This document shows, piece by piece, positions 20,973-30,671 of a stretch of 64,000 nt of DNA. The notes below the pieces were generated by a model. That model saw nothing but the letters and a program-made list of their open reading frames with translations. It did not search any database and was not told where the DNA came from. Source of the DNA: Rhodobacter sp. (GTDB lineage Bacteria; Pseudomonadota; Alphaproteobacteria; Rhodobacterales; Rhodobacteraceae); contig JBGSQL010000092.1 of assembly GCA_041738105.1 (NCBI GenBank), positions 14,420 to 78,419 of the forward strand, written 5' to 3'. The position numbers were made by a program, and so were the translations under genes. The stretch's first letter is position 1; each line of letters begins with the position of its first letter.

Positions 20973-22238
20973 ATGGATCACTTCCTCTACCGAGATGGGC
21001 AGCTACACGCCGAAGATGTGCTGGTAGCGGACATAGCGACCTGCGTTGGCACACCTTTCTATTGCTACTCCACCGCAACGCTCACTCGCCACTACCGCCT
21101 GTTCGAAGAGGCGCTCGCACCGCTTCCGCATACTATCTGCTTCGCAATAAAGTCGCTCTCCAACATCGCTGTCCTCAGAACGCTGGGCGATCTTGGCGCG
21201 GGAATGGATGTCGTTTCGGGTGGCGAATATCTGCGGGCCAAGGCCGCAGGTATTCCAGGTGAGAGGATCGTATTCTCAGGAGTAGGCAAGACTCGAGAAG
21301 AGATGCGCCTTGCGCTGCAAGGGGGCATCCGTCAATTCAATGTCGAGAGCGAGCCCGAATTGCACGCGCTGTCGCAGGTGGCGACCTCTTTGGGCACGAC
21401 CGCGCCAATCGCGATCCGCGTCAATCCGGATGTCGATGCCCGCACGCATGAAAAGATCGCGACTGGCAAGAAAGAGAACAAGTTCGGTGTTCCGATCGAA
21501 CGCGCGTCTCAGGTGTATGCCGAAGCCGCGACCTTGCCTGGGATCGATGTCGTCGGAATCGACGTTCACATCGGCAGCCAGCTGACCGAACTTGAACCCT
21601 TCGAGCAGGCCTATCTGAAGGTGGCCGACCTGACCCTGCAACTGCGGGCCGAAGGGCATGATATCCGAAGGCTCGATCTTGGCGGTGGCTTGGGCATTCC
21701 TTATGTCCGTTCGAATGAAGCACCACCGCTGCCACTGGACTACGGCGCGCTTATCAAGCGGACGGTTGGCCATCTCGGGTGCGAGATCGAGATCGAACCG
21801 GGTCGGCTCATATCCGGCAATGCAGGAATTCTCGTTGCGCGCGTCATCTATGTGAAAGAAGGCGAGGGACGTGATTTCGTGATTCTTGACGCGGCGATGA
21901 ACGACCTGATCCGGCCTTCGATGTACGGCGCACATCACGACATCGTTCCCGTCAAAGAAGCGCCGATTGCAACAGAGTTGCTTCCCTACGATGTGGTGGG
22001 GCCAGTCTGCGAAACCGGTGACACCTTCGCCAGAGCACGCCTGCTCGCGCCGCTGGCCGAGGCTGATCTTGTCGCCTTTCGCTCTGCGGGGGCATATGGC
22101 GCGGTCATGGCCTCGGAGTACAATACACGTCAGTTGATTCCGGAGGTGCTAGTGAAGGACGATCACTTCGCCGTCATAAGGGCGCGACCAACGTTTGACG
22201 AAATGATCAATCGAGATAGGCTTCCACCTTGGCTGTAA
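20973..22238 (+). CDS. lysA: Diaminopimelate decarboxylase
   Basis: FAIKS PLP lysine, HIGSQ, EPGR, GPVCETGD, GAYG..YN. Confidence 0.97.
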   Translation: MDHFLYRDGQLHAEDVLVADIATCVGTPFYCYSTATLTRHYRLFEEALAPLPHTICFAIKSLSNIAVLRTLGDLGAGMDVVSGGEYLRAKAAGIPGERIVFSGVGKTREEMRLALQGGIRQFNVESEPELHALSQVATSLGTTAPIAIRVNPDVDARTHEKIATGKKENKFGVPIERASQVYAEAATLPGIDVVGIDVHIGSQLTELEPFEQAYLKVADLTLQLRAEGHDIRRLDLGGGLGIPYVRSNEAPPLPLDYGALIKRTVGHLGCEIEIEPGRLISGNAGILVARVIYVKEGEGRDFVILDAAMNDLIRPSMYGAHHDIVPVKEAPIATELLPYDVVGPVCETGDTFARARLLAPLAEADLVAFRSAGAYGAVMASEYNTRQLIPEVLVKDDHFAVIRARPTFDEMINRDRLPPWL

Positions 22239-22259
22239 GGTCATAACCGGGCAGAGGGC

Positions 22260-24779
22260 ATGACGGAAGGCGACACGGATCCCACACTTCAGGGCTTGGC
22301 ATGGCCACTTCGCCTGACCTGGGCAGGGCTATGGTGCGAGCGCGTTGCACGCGCGTTCTGGCCGCTTTGGACAATCCTTCTGGCCGCGGTTTCGGCGCTG
22401 TCATTCGGTCTTCACGATCTTGTACCGTTGGAAGCCGCGTGGATCGGCCTTATTGGCGCCCTTGGTGCAGCAATCTGGGCGACGATCGTGGGGACGATGC
22501 GATTTCATCGGCCCACCCGCGACGACGCGCTGGATCGGCTCGACAGCGTGTTGCCGGGTCGGCCTATCGCCGCACTTACCGATACTCAGGCAATCGGAAC
22601 TGCCGATCCCGCCTCTCTGGCGGTATGGCAGGCGCACCGACGCCGGATGGCAAAGCGCGCGGCAGCGGCACGGCCGGTTTCCCCCAATCTTGCGCTTGCC
22701 AGCCGCGATCCTTTTGCGCTCCGCTACGTCGCTCTGACAGCCGTCGTCATAGCGCTTCTGTTCGGGTCGCTTTGGCGGGCAACCTCGGTCACGGCGCTTA
22801 CGCCGGGCGGGGCTACGGCGCTTGCGAATGGCCCGGTCTGGGAAGGCTGGGTGCAGCCTCCGGCTCACACTGGCAAGCCGAGCCTCTATCTGAACGACAT
22901 CGCCAGGACACAACTGGAACTGCCGGTGGGATCGCGTGTTCAACTCCGCTTCTACGGCGAAATTGGTGCACTGACTTTGGCCGAAACGGTATCGAAACGG
23001 ACCGAAACGCCACCGGCTTCGGAACCGTCACAGGATTTTGAAGTTCTACAAAGCGGGAAGATCGAGATCGACGGGCCCGGTGGTCGATCTTGGGAAATAG
23101 TCGCAACACCCGATGACGCGCCCAAGATTGCCGCCGCCGGCGAGATTTCGCGCGAAGCGGGCGGCGCGATGAGCCAGGCCTTCACCGCCTCGGATGACTA
23201 TGGTGTCGTGTCGGGCTCGGCCACGATCGCACTTGATTTGCCGGCGATCGATCGGCGTTTCGGGTTGGCGACCACTCCCGAGCCTCGCGAACCACTGATT
23301 CTTGACCTCCCGATGCCGATCACGGGCAATAGAACCGAGTTCACCGAAACCCTGGTTGATGACCTGTCAAAGCACCCGTTCGCGAACCTTGCGGTTACCG
23401 TGACATTCCAGGCGACCGACGCGATCGCCCAGGTTGGAACCTCGGTATCGAAGCCGATGATCCTGCCTGGACGGCGGTTCTTTGACCCGCTGGCGGCGGC
23501 GTTGATCGAAACCCGACGTGATCTATTGTGGAGCGCTGCAAATGCACCTCGTGCGGCGCAGATCCTGAAGGCGGTTACGCACCGACCCGAAGGCTTCATC
23601 CGCAATGAGCGTGCGTATCTGCGGTTGCGCGTCTTGTTGCGCGATCTTGACACAACCGCCATGGAAGGATTGCAACCTGCCTTGCGTGACGAACTAGCAG
23701 AAGGCCTTTGGCAGATCGCTCTCCTGGTCGAAGAGGGTGACCTGGCTTCGGCGCTTGAACGCTTGCGCCGGGCACAGGACCGGCTTGACGAGGCCATCCG
23801 GAACGGAGCCGACCCATCAGAAATTGAAGAGCTGATGAGCGAGCTGCGTGATGCGCTTGACGAATACATGCGGCAACTTGCGCAGGAATCCGAGCGCAAC
23901 GGCGACGAGCAGATGTCGCAGGACATGCAGGGCATGCAGATGACCGGCGATCAACTGCAACAGATGCTCGACGAGTTGCAGAAGCTGATGGAAGAAGGTC
24001 GGATGGCCGAAGCCGCCGAACTGATGGAAGCGCTTCGCCAACTGATGGAAAACATGCAGGTCACGCAGGGGCCTGGTGGTCAAGGTGGGCCCGGTCAGCA
24101 GGGGATGCGCGATCTGGCCGAGACTTTGCGCGAACAACAGGGGCTTTCAGATGAGAGCTTTCAGCAGTTGCAGGATCAGTTCAACGGCCAGCAAGGGCAA
24201 TCCGGAGAAGATCAGCAACCCGGACAACAAGGGCAAACACAGCCGGGCCAAGCGCCAGGAGAAGGCGAAGGGCAAGACAACAGAAGCCTGGCACAGCGCC
24301 AACAGGATCTGCGGGATCGCCTGAATGGTCTTGGCGGCCTTCCCGGCGAAGGCAGTGAAGCGGGCGAGGCAGGCCGCCAGCAACTCGATCGTGCTGGTCG
24401 CGCCATGGAGGATGCTGAACGCGCCCTGCGCAACGAGGATTTCGCGGGCGCGCTTGACCGTCAGGCCGAGGCGCTCGAGGCCCTTCGCGAAGGGATGCGC
24501 AATCTCGGCGAGGCAATGGCCGAGGAACAGGGAGAGGGACAGGGCAATCCGGCACAAGGCGAGGCGTTCGGTCGAGCGGACCCAAATGGCCAACGTGATC
24601 CGCTTGGTCGAAATACTGGCGAAATGGGCAGGATCGGTTCCGACCAGAACATGTTGCAGGGTGATGACGTTTACCGTCGCGCCCAGGAACTGCTTGATGA
24701 GATCCGTCGCCGTTCGGGCGACCAGTCGAGGCCAGAGAACGAACTCGATTACCTCAGACGACTACTCGACAGGTTCTGA
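22260..24779 (+). CDS. TIGR02302/DUF4175 family membrane protein
   Basis: N-terminal TMs, RDPFALR, ASDDYGV, Q/G-rich coiled-coil tail, RDPLGR, ELDYLRRLL; follows lysA. Confidence 0.88.
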   Translation: MTEGDTDPTLQGLAWPLRLTWAGLWCERVARAFWPLWTILLAAVSALSFGLHDLVPLEAAWIGLIGALGAAIWATIVGTMRFHRPTRDDALDRLDSVLPGRPIAALTDTQAIGTADPASLAVWQAHRRRMAKRAAAARPVSPNLALASRDPFALRYVALTAVVIALLFGSLWRATSVTALTPGGATALANGPVWEGWVQPPAHTGKPSLYLNDIARTQLELPVGSRVQLRFYGEIGALTLAETVSKRTETPPASEPSQDFEVLQSGKIEIDGPGGRSWEIVATPDDAPKIAAAGEISREAGGAMSQAFTASDDYGVVSGSATIALDLPAIDRRFGLATTPEPREPLILDLPMPITGNRTEFTETLVDDLSKHPFANLAVTVTFQATDAIAQVGTSVSKPMILPGRRFFDPLAAALIETRRDLLWSAANAPRAAQILKAVTHRPEGFIRNERAYLRLRVLLRDLDTTAMEGLQPALRDELAEGLWQIALLVEEGDLASALERLRRAQDRLDEAIRNGADPSEIEELMSELRDALDEYMRQLAQESERNGDEQMSQDMQGMQMTGDQLQQMLDELQKLMEEGRMAEAAELMEALRQLMENMQVTQGPGGQGGPGQQGMRDLAETLREQQGLSDESFQQLQDQFNGQQGQSGEDQQPGQQGQTQPGQAPGEGEGQDNRSLAQRQQDLRDRLNGLGGLPGEGSEAGEAGRQQLDRAGRAMEDAERALRNEDFAGALDRQAEALEALREGMRNLGEAMAEEQGEGQGNPAQGEAFGRADPNGQRDPLGRNTGEMGRIGSDQNMLQGDDVYRRAQELLDEIRRRSGDQSRPENELDYLRRLLDRF

Positions 24780-24782
24780 CTG

Positions 24783-25667
24783 TCAGCCGCCCTGGCCACT
24801 CATGCTGCGCAACGACTCGCTGGCGGATTGCAACGCCGCGTCCACACTGATGCGGGCCTTGTCGACCGCAGCGACGTAAGCGCGCATCGCGCCTTCGCTC
24901 GCGGGTATCTGCGCCACGATCCGAGGCGACATCACATAGGCCATCCACAAGGCTGCCGCGAGTATCAGCATCAGGGTGAAGCCGCTGCGAAATCCGCGCC
25001 GCCCCTCGTCGACCATCACCATGGGCATGGCCGCACGCTCGCCATCACCGCGCGGTTCGGAACTGGCGCGCAAGGTCGAATTGATCTCTTCAATGTCCGG
25101 CAACAACTCCCGACGTGATGCCGGGCGAGCAGCGTCCTCAGCTTCGTGCTCGACAGCTTCCACGGAAAGATCGGCGAACCGTTCGCGTGCCGCAACCACG
25201 GATGGCGGAACCGGTGGCGCAGCTGGCAACCCCAGTTCGGGCTGCATTTCAACGGCAGACGGAGCCTCGGCCTTGCGTACGGCGGCCTCGCGCTCGGCCT
25301 CTTCGCGCAGGACAGCCATCAAGCTCTCATCCAGGGCTCGACGACGTTGCGGAGCATCGGCGCCCTCCGACAGGGCGGTCGGCGCGGCTGGCGCCTCTTC
25401 CGACACTTCCATCATGGGTTCTGCTAAAGCAGCCTCGTCGGTTGAGGCATCTGGTGTTTCAGCCTCGTCCGCTATGGTATTTGCCGAAGCAGCCTCATCT
25501 TCGGCCACGAAGATCTCGTCTTCGAGGGCTTCGTCCGCCTCTGACTGAGGGTGCCGCTGAAACCAGGTATGCCCACAGTTCGAGCACTGTACGTCCCGTC
25601 CGGCCGCGGGAATGGCCGCGTCATCCACCTCATACTGCGCGTCGCAATTCGGGCAAACCAGCCGCAT
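24783..25667 (-). CDS. MJ0042-type zinc-ribbon membrane protein (ZitP-like)
   Basis: MRLVCPNCDAQY..VQCSNCGHTWFQ, acidic linker, single C-terminal TM; divergent from ftsE. Confidence 0.88.
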   Translation of the reverse strand: MRLVCPNCDAQYEVDDAAIPAAGRDVQCSNCGHTWFQRHPQSEADEALEDEIFVAEDEAASANTIADEAETPDASTDEAALAEPMMEVSEEAPAAPTALSEGADAPQRRRALDESLMAVLREEAEREAAVRKAEAPSAVEMQPELGLPAAPPVPPSVVAARERFADLSVEAVEHEAEDAARPASRRELLPDIEEINSTLRASSEPRGDGERAAMPMVMVDEGRRGFRSGFTLMLILAAALWMAYVMSPRIVAQIPASEGAMRAYVAAVDKARISVDAALQSASESLRSMSGQGG

Positions 25668-25861
25668 ATTTATACAGTCCCCGAACGGCCCCAGTGCAGG
25701 GTTAGCCGTCTGTTCTTTTGTCTTGTTGTAGCAACGATGCCGACTTTCTCCAAGCATTTGTATCGCAATGCAACTCGCGCAACCACCACAAGCAATTGAA
25801 TCCGGCACGGAACCGGGCGAAACTGCAACGCATCCGGTCGCTGCACCGGCTTGGGGGTCCC

Positions 25862-26533
25862 GTGATCGCATTTGAGAATGTCGCCTACAGTTACGGCGGG
25901 GGAGAGCTTCTGTCTGATGTGTCTCTGCGTCTGGCACCCGGCTCGTTCCACTTCCTGACCGGCCCTTCAGGGGCGGGGAAATCGACCTTTCTGAAACTTT
26001 GCTATGCCGAGTTGATGCCAACGAAAGGCCGCGTACAGATCTTCGACCGCGATGTGCGTAGCCTGACCCGAGACGACATTGCCCTTACGCGCCGCCGGAT
26101 CGGCATCGTCCACCAGGATGTGCAGTTCCTTGATCACCTGCCATTGGCCGCGAACGTGGCCTTGCCGTTGACTGTAGCCCAGCGCGAGCCCATGCCAAAT
26201 GATCTTGCGGAGCTGCTTGGCTGGGTGGGGCTTTCGGCCCTGGCCACAGCCCTGCCGCCGTCGCTATCGGGCGGCGAGCGTCAACGCGCGGCGCTTGCGC
26301 GGGCCGTCATCGTCGCACCTGACCTGGTGCTTGCCGATGAACCAACAGGCAACGTGGACTGGGACATGTCACTGCGGCTGCTCGCCTTGCTGGTGGAGCT
26401 GAATCGGATGGGAAAGACGGTGCTGGTGGCTACACATGACCTGAACCTTATCCGCAGCGCCAAACAACAGGTGGCGGCCCGTGTCCTGCGGATCCGGAAC
26501 CACCGGATCCAACTTGCAGGAGCCGATCTGTGA
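25862..26533 (+). CDS. ftsE: Cell division ATP-binding protein FtsE
   Basis: GPSGAGKST, LSGGERQR, ADEPTGNVD; GTG start; followed by ftsX. Confidence 0.93.
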   Translation: MIAFENVAYSYGGGELLSDVSLRLAPGSFHFLTGPSGAGKSTFLKLCYAELMPTKGRVQIFDRDVRSLTRDDIALTRRRIGIVHQDVQFLDHLPLAANVALPLTVAQREPMPNDLAELLGWVGLSALATALPPSLSGGERQRAALARAVIVAPDLVLADEPTGNVDWDMSLRLLALLVELNRMGKTVLVATHDLNLIRSAKQQVAARVLRIRNHRIQLAGADL

Positions 26534-27432
26534 CCGGCCGTCCTGCGCCTTCGCGCGCCGAATTGAACGAGCGCCATCATGATCGCGTGGTCCCGCCATC
26601 CGGGCCGACTGCGTGGCTTACGACACTGACATCGGCAGCAATGGCCTTTCTTGCGGTCTTCGCGTTGGCCCTTGCGCTGGCGTCTGGCAGACTTGCCGAT
26701 CGCTGGTCCGAAGGGCTTACGAATAGTGCGACCATTCGTATTTCAGCCCCGGCAGACCAGATGGCGCGCCAGACTGAGGCCGTTCTTGCAGTGCTTGCCA
26801 CAACGCCGGGCGTTGCTACGGCGCGCGCGCTGACCGACCACGAACAGCGCGTTCTTCTGGAACCTTGGTTCGGCCCGGATCTGCCGCTGGATGCGCTGCC
26901 GATCCCCCGTCTTGTTGCCTTGACTGAAGACGAAGCAGGTTATGACGGTGAGGGGTTGCGACTGAGATTGGCTGCGGAAGCGCCCGGAGCCGTGCTAGAT
27001 GATCACACCCGCTGGCGAAAACCGCTTGCCGTAGCGGCCGAAAGGTTACGCTTCTTTGGCCTTGTTTCCCTTGTCCTGATCCTTGGCACGATGGCCGCGA
27101 TGATCACACTTGCCGCGAATGCCGCGCTTGCCACCAACGCCCAGGTGATCCGAGTGATGCGGCTGATCGGCGCGCGGGATGCCTTTGTCGCCCGCGCGTT
27201 CGTCCGTCGCTTTACGTTGCGTGCCCTGTCTGGCGCCGCTATGGGCACCGTGCTCGGAATGGCAGCGGTGGCGGCGCTGCCTTCGGCGGATGCGGCTGGC
27301 GGGTTTCTTACAGGCCTGGGGTTTCATGGCGCGGGGTGGATCTGGCCATTGACCCTTCCGCCACTCGCCGCAGTTGTCGCATTCATCACGACGCGCGTCG
27401 CTGCATTCCGAAAGTTGAGGGAGCTGACGTGA
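26530..27432 (+). CDS. ftsX: Cell division permease FtsX
   Basis: Four-TM layout, LLEPWFG..LPIPRL, DDHTRW, RLIGA.DAFV. Confidence 0.9.
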   Translation: MTGRPAPSRAELNERHHDRVVPPSGPTAWLTTLTSAAMAFLAVFALALALASGRLADRWSEGLTNSATIRISAPADQMARQTEAVLAVLATTPGVATARALTDHEQRVLLEPWFGPDLPLDALPIPRLVALTEDEAGYDGEGLRLRLAAEAPGAVLDDHTRWRKPLAVAAERLRFFGLVSLVLILGTMAAMITLAANAALATNAQVIRVMRLIGARDAFVARAFVRRFTLRALSGAAMGTVLGMAAVAALPSADAAGGFLTGLGFHGAGWIWPLTLPPLAAVVAFITTRVAAFRKLRELT

Positions 27433-28169
27433 TGGCGCGGGTTGTTCAGCTGGTTCGCTCGGTGGTCTTCATCGTGCAGATGTACCTTGCCATGGCCGTG
27501 CTGGCGGTCATCTATACGCCATTCGCGATCTTCAGCCGGCGAGCCGCCTATGCGGCCATGCACGCTTATTGTCGCTGGGTCCGCTGGACCGCCGGCTGGA
27601 TGATCGGACTGAAGTCCGAGGTTCGCGGCACGCCGCCATCGGACGAGGTTCTGGTTGCGGCCAAGCACCACTCTTTCTTCGATATCATCCTGATCTTCGG
27701 TGCCATGCCGCGTGCGAAGTTCATCATGAAGAAGGAGCTGAAGTGGGCCCCGATCCTGGGCTGGTATGCGCTGCGGATCGGCTGCGTGCCGGTCGATCGC
27801 GGCAAGCGCGGTCAGGCGATTGCCGCGATGATGACGGCAGTCCACGAGGGGCGCCAGGACCCAGGACAGCTGATCATCTACCCCGAGGGAACACGTCGTG
27901 CCCCCGGCGCGCCCCCAGCGTACAAGGTCGGATCGGCGGTGCTCTACACCCAACTTGGGCAAGATTGCGTACCTGTCGCAACGAATGTCGGCATGTTCTG
28001 GCCGCGGCACGGATTCTATCGCAAACCCGGCCTCGCCGTTGTCGAGTTCCTGCCACGGATCGCACCGGGCCTGTCCAACACCGACTTCATGGCGCAGTTG
28101 CAAGACAGGATCGAAACAGCGAGTCAAAGGCTTCTCGCAGAGGCAGAATACAACGCCAACCTGCGGTAG
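27432..28169 (+). CDS. plsC: 1-acyl-sn-glycerol-3-phosphate acyltransferase family
   Basis: KHHSFFD (HxxxxD), YPEGTR. Confidence 0.88.
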   Translation: MARVVQLVRSVVFIVQMYLAMAVLAVIYTPFAIFSRRAAYAAMHAYCRWVRWTAGWMIGLKSEVRGTPPSDEVLVAAKHHSFFDIILIFGAMPRAKFIMKKELKWAPILGWYALRIGCVPVDRGKRGQAIAAMMTAVHEGRQDPGQLIIYPEGTRRAPGAPPAYKVGSAVLYTQLGQDCVPVATNVGMFWPRHGFYRKPGLAVVEFLPRIAPGLSNTDFMAQLQDRIETASQRLLAEAEYNANLR

Positions 28170-28217
28170 TCCTGTACGACCGGTTTTTTCAAGCAGGATC
28201 AGGCGACGCTCAAGGGG

Positions 28218-29177
28218 TCAGGCCGCCAACCCTTTCGATCCCATATCGAGGAACTTCTGCCGCCGATCCCGGACAAGCGCCTCAGGCGTTTTGCCTGCAA
28301 GGTCCTTGAGCATCGACTCGATGGACTTTCCCACAGCCTCGATCGTTTCCTTCCGCCCTCTCTGCGCACCGCCCACAGGTTCCTTGATGATCCGGTCGAT
28401 AATGCCCAGACGCGAAAGATCCTGTGCGGTAAGTCGCAACGCCTCGGCGGCCTCACGCATCTTCTCGGCATCTTTCCATAGGATCGAGGCACATCCCTCT
28501 GGCGAGATCACCGAATAGATCGAGTGTTCCAGCATTGCGATCCGGTTTGCTGTGGCAAAGGCGACAGCCCCGCCTGATCCGCCCTCGCCGATGACGACGC
28601 TGACCAAAGGGACACCAATCTCAAGGCATTTCGCCGTCGACCGCGCTATCGCTTCTGATTGCCCACGCTCTTCGGCGCCTTTGCCGGGGTAGGCGCCAGG
28701 CGTGTCGATCATTGTGATTACGGGCAACCGAAACCGATGCGCCATGTCCAACAGCCGGATCGCCTTGCGATAGCCTTCTGGCCGCGCCATGCCGAAGTTT
28801 CTTTCGATACGGGTCTTGGTATCACTTCCTTTTTCATGGCCGATCACCATGACCGGCGCATCGTTGAAGCGCGCCAGCCCTCCCATCACAGCATGGTCAT
28901 CAGCAAAATTCCGATCTCCCGCCAACGGGGTGAACTCGGTGAAGAGCCCCTCAATGTAGTCTCTGCAATGAGGCCGATCGGGGTGGCGGGCAACCTGGCA
29001 TTTACGCCACGCTGAAAGTTCCTTGTAGAGGTCTTTCAGAAGCGCGTCTGCCTTCTTGTCCAGCGCCGCTGCCTCTTTTTCGACGTCCATCTCCTTGTTT
29101 GCACGCGCCATCGCACGCAATTCCTCGGCCTTGCCTTCGATCTCGGCCAAGGGCTTTTCAAACTCGAGATAGTTCAT
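28218..29177 (-). CDS. accA: Acetyl-CoA carboxylase carboxyltransferase alpha subunit
   Basis: [40 protein letters not shown]. Confidence 0.98.
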   Translation of the reverse strand: MNYLEFEKPLAEIEGKAEELRAMARANKEMDVEKEAAALDKKADALLKDLYKELSAWRKCQVARHPDRPHCRDYIEGLFTEFTPLAGDRNFADDHAVMGGLARFNDAPVMVIGHEKGSDTKTRIERNFGMARPEGYRKAIRLLDMAHRFRLPVITMIDTPGAYPGKGAEERGQSEAIARSTAKCLEIGVPLVSVVIGEGGSGGAVAFATANRIAMLEHSIYSVISPEGCASILWKDAEKMREAAEALRLTAQDLSRLGIIDRIIKEPVGGAQRGRKETIEAVGKSIESMLKDLAGKTPEALVRDRRQKFLDMGSKGLAA

Positions 29178-29310
29178 GCCAACTTCCTCTGGGACCGCCT
29201 CTATATGACGTTGGTGGGCATCCGATGCAACTCGGGACGGTCCTGGCCCCACGCACTGGGTTGGATCCTCACAAACCCAACTGATCGCGGACGCCCCCCT
29301 TGAACAGCAG

Positions 29311-29425
29311 CGCCCCGGATCATCGATCCGGGGCGTGCATCCTCCCACTTTGCTGCGTCGGGCCTCCCTTCCGTCGGCAGCTCGGGTATCTGGGGACAGA
29401 CGTCGCACACGACGCACTCTCCAAG
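29311..29425 (-). ncRNA. Candidate small RNA in the accA-dgcN intergenic region (strand uncertain)
   Basis: Minus-strand TTGACA at 29455-29460, several short hairpins, 11-bp stem CGCCCCGGATC/GATCCGGGGCG at 29311-29335, two GGGAGG motifs; no convincing ORF. Confidence 0.45.
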
Positions 29426-29656
29426 TTTTCTTTTTGCCTGTTTTATGGTCGCTTTGTCAATGCATCGTTCCATCCCAATTCAGGATCGACAGGCTTCTGA
29501 CAGGCTATGTCCTTTTGCAATCAGTAAGTTGATCCTGGTTGGCTCCATCCACGCCCCTCTGTCATCGCGCAACGCTTGCGGTAAGGGGTGGACCATCCTA
29601 CCAAACGCCTTGAACCTGTGCTGCCCACGGCATTTCCCCTTCGTCGGAGTCCAACG

Positions 29657-30658
29657 ATGATCCAGACCCCGTACCTTCTCTTTCTAGGAGACGCGCCTGA
29701 TCAGCTTGCTGCCAAGGTTGCACAAGGCATCAAGGACTGGCGGCCCGAACATGCCCTGGGTCAGTACAAGATGGAAGGCTGCAAGGCTGATCTCGGCTTG
29801 CGCGACATGACGCTTGCCGAGGCGCGGGCCGCCGGCGCCAAGACGCTGGTCATCGGCGTCGCGAACCGTGGCGGCGTCATCAGCCAGGCGTGGAAGAAAG
29901 TCCTGATCGCCGCGCTTGAAGAGGGGTTTGATCTGGCAAGCGGCCTGCATAATCTGCTGCGCGACGAAGAAGATCTTGCCGCTGTCGCCCGTGCCACCGG
30001 GCGCCTATTGCATGACGTGCGTGTGCCAACCGTCAGCTATCCGATCGCCAATGGCAAAAGACGCACCGGCAAGCGTATGTTGGCCGTCGGCACCGATTGT
30101 TCGATCGGCAAGATGTATACAGCCCTATGCGTCGAAAAGGAACTGCGGGCGCGGGGCCGGAAGGCGACGTTCCGCGCAACCGGGCAAACCGGCATCCTGA
30201 TCACGGGTAATGGCGTGCCACTGGATGCGGTGGTTGCGGACTTCATGGCTGGGGCGGTCGAATGGCTTACACCCGACAATGATCCAGACCACTGGGATCT
30301 GATCGAGGGGCAGGGATCGCTTTTCCATGTTTCCTACTCGGGTGTCACCCTCGCGCTCATCCACGGTGGCGCTCCTGATGCGCTGATCATCTGTCATGAA
30401 CCGACGCGCACGCACATGCGGGGCCTGCCCGACTACGCCTTGCCCTCAATTGAAGCGGTCCGGGACATGGCGCTTGCGCTGGCGCATGTGTGCAACCCAG
30501 GGTGTCAGGCAGTAGGCCTTTCGATCAACACGCAACATCTGAGCGATCAAGATGCGACCACCTATCTATCTGAAGTAGAAGCACGAACTGGCCTGCCAGC
30601 AACCGATCCGTTCCGGTTCGGGGCGGGAAAGCTGGTTGACGCCATGCTCGCGATCTAG
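29657..30658 (+). CDS. dgcN: DUF1611 family N-acetyltransferase DgcN
   Basis: PYLLFLGDA, VGTDCSIGKMYT, ATGQTGI, IEGQGSL; next to an enolase-family racemase. Confidence 0.9.
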   Translation: MIQTPYLLFLGDAPDQLAAKVAQGIKDWRPEHALGQYKMEGCKADLGLRDMTLAEARAAGAKTLVIGVANRGGVISQAWKKVLIAALEEGFDLASGLHNLLRDEEDLAAVARATGRLLHDVRVPTVSYPIANGKRRTGKRMLAVGTDCSIGKMYTALCVEKELRARGRKATFRATGQTGILITGNGVPLDAVVADFMAGAVEWLTPDNDPDHWDLIEGQGSLFHVSYSGVTLALIHGGAPDALIICHEPTRTHMRGLPDYALPSIEAVRDMALALAHVCNPGCQAVGLSINTQHLSDQDATTYLSEVEARTGLPATDPFRFGAGKLVDAMLAI

Positions 30659-30671
30659 TCTGCACAGAGGC

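Noticed and set aside
23900-24600. CAG/CAA/GGC-rich repetitive DNA
   Set aside because: Explained by the Q/G-rich coding tail of the TIGR02302 protein
29178-29417. 80-aa N-terminal extension of AccA in the ORF track
   Set aside because: Family-typical start is MNYLEFEKP at 29177 with GAGG upstream; the extension crosses predicted RNA hairpins. Similar over-long starts were trimmed for ispB, ftsE, ispH, lepB and zapE
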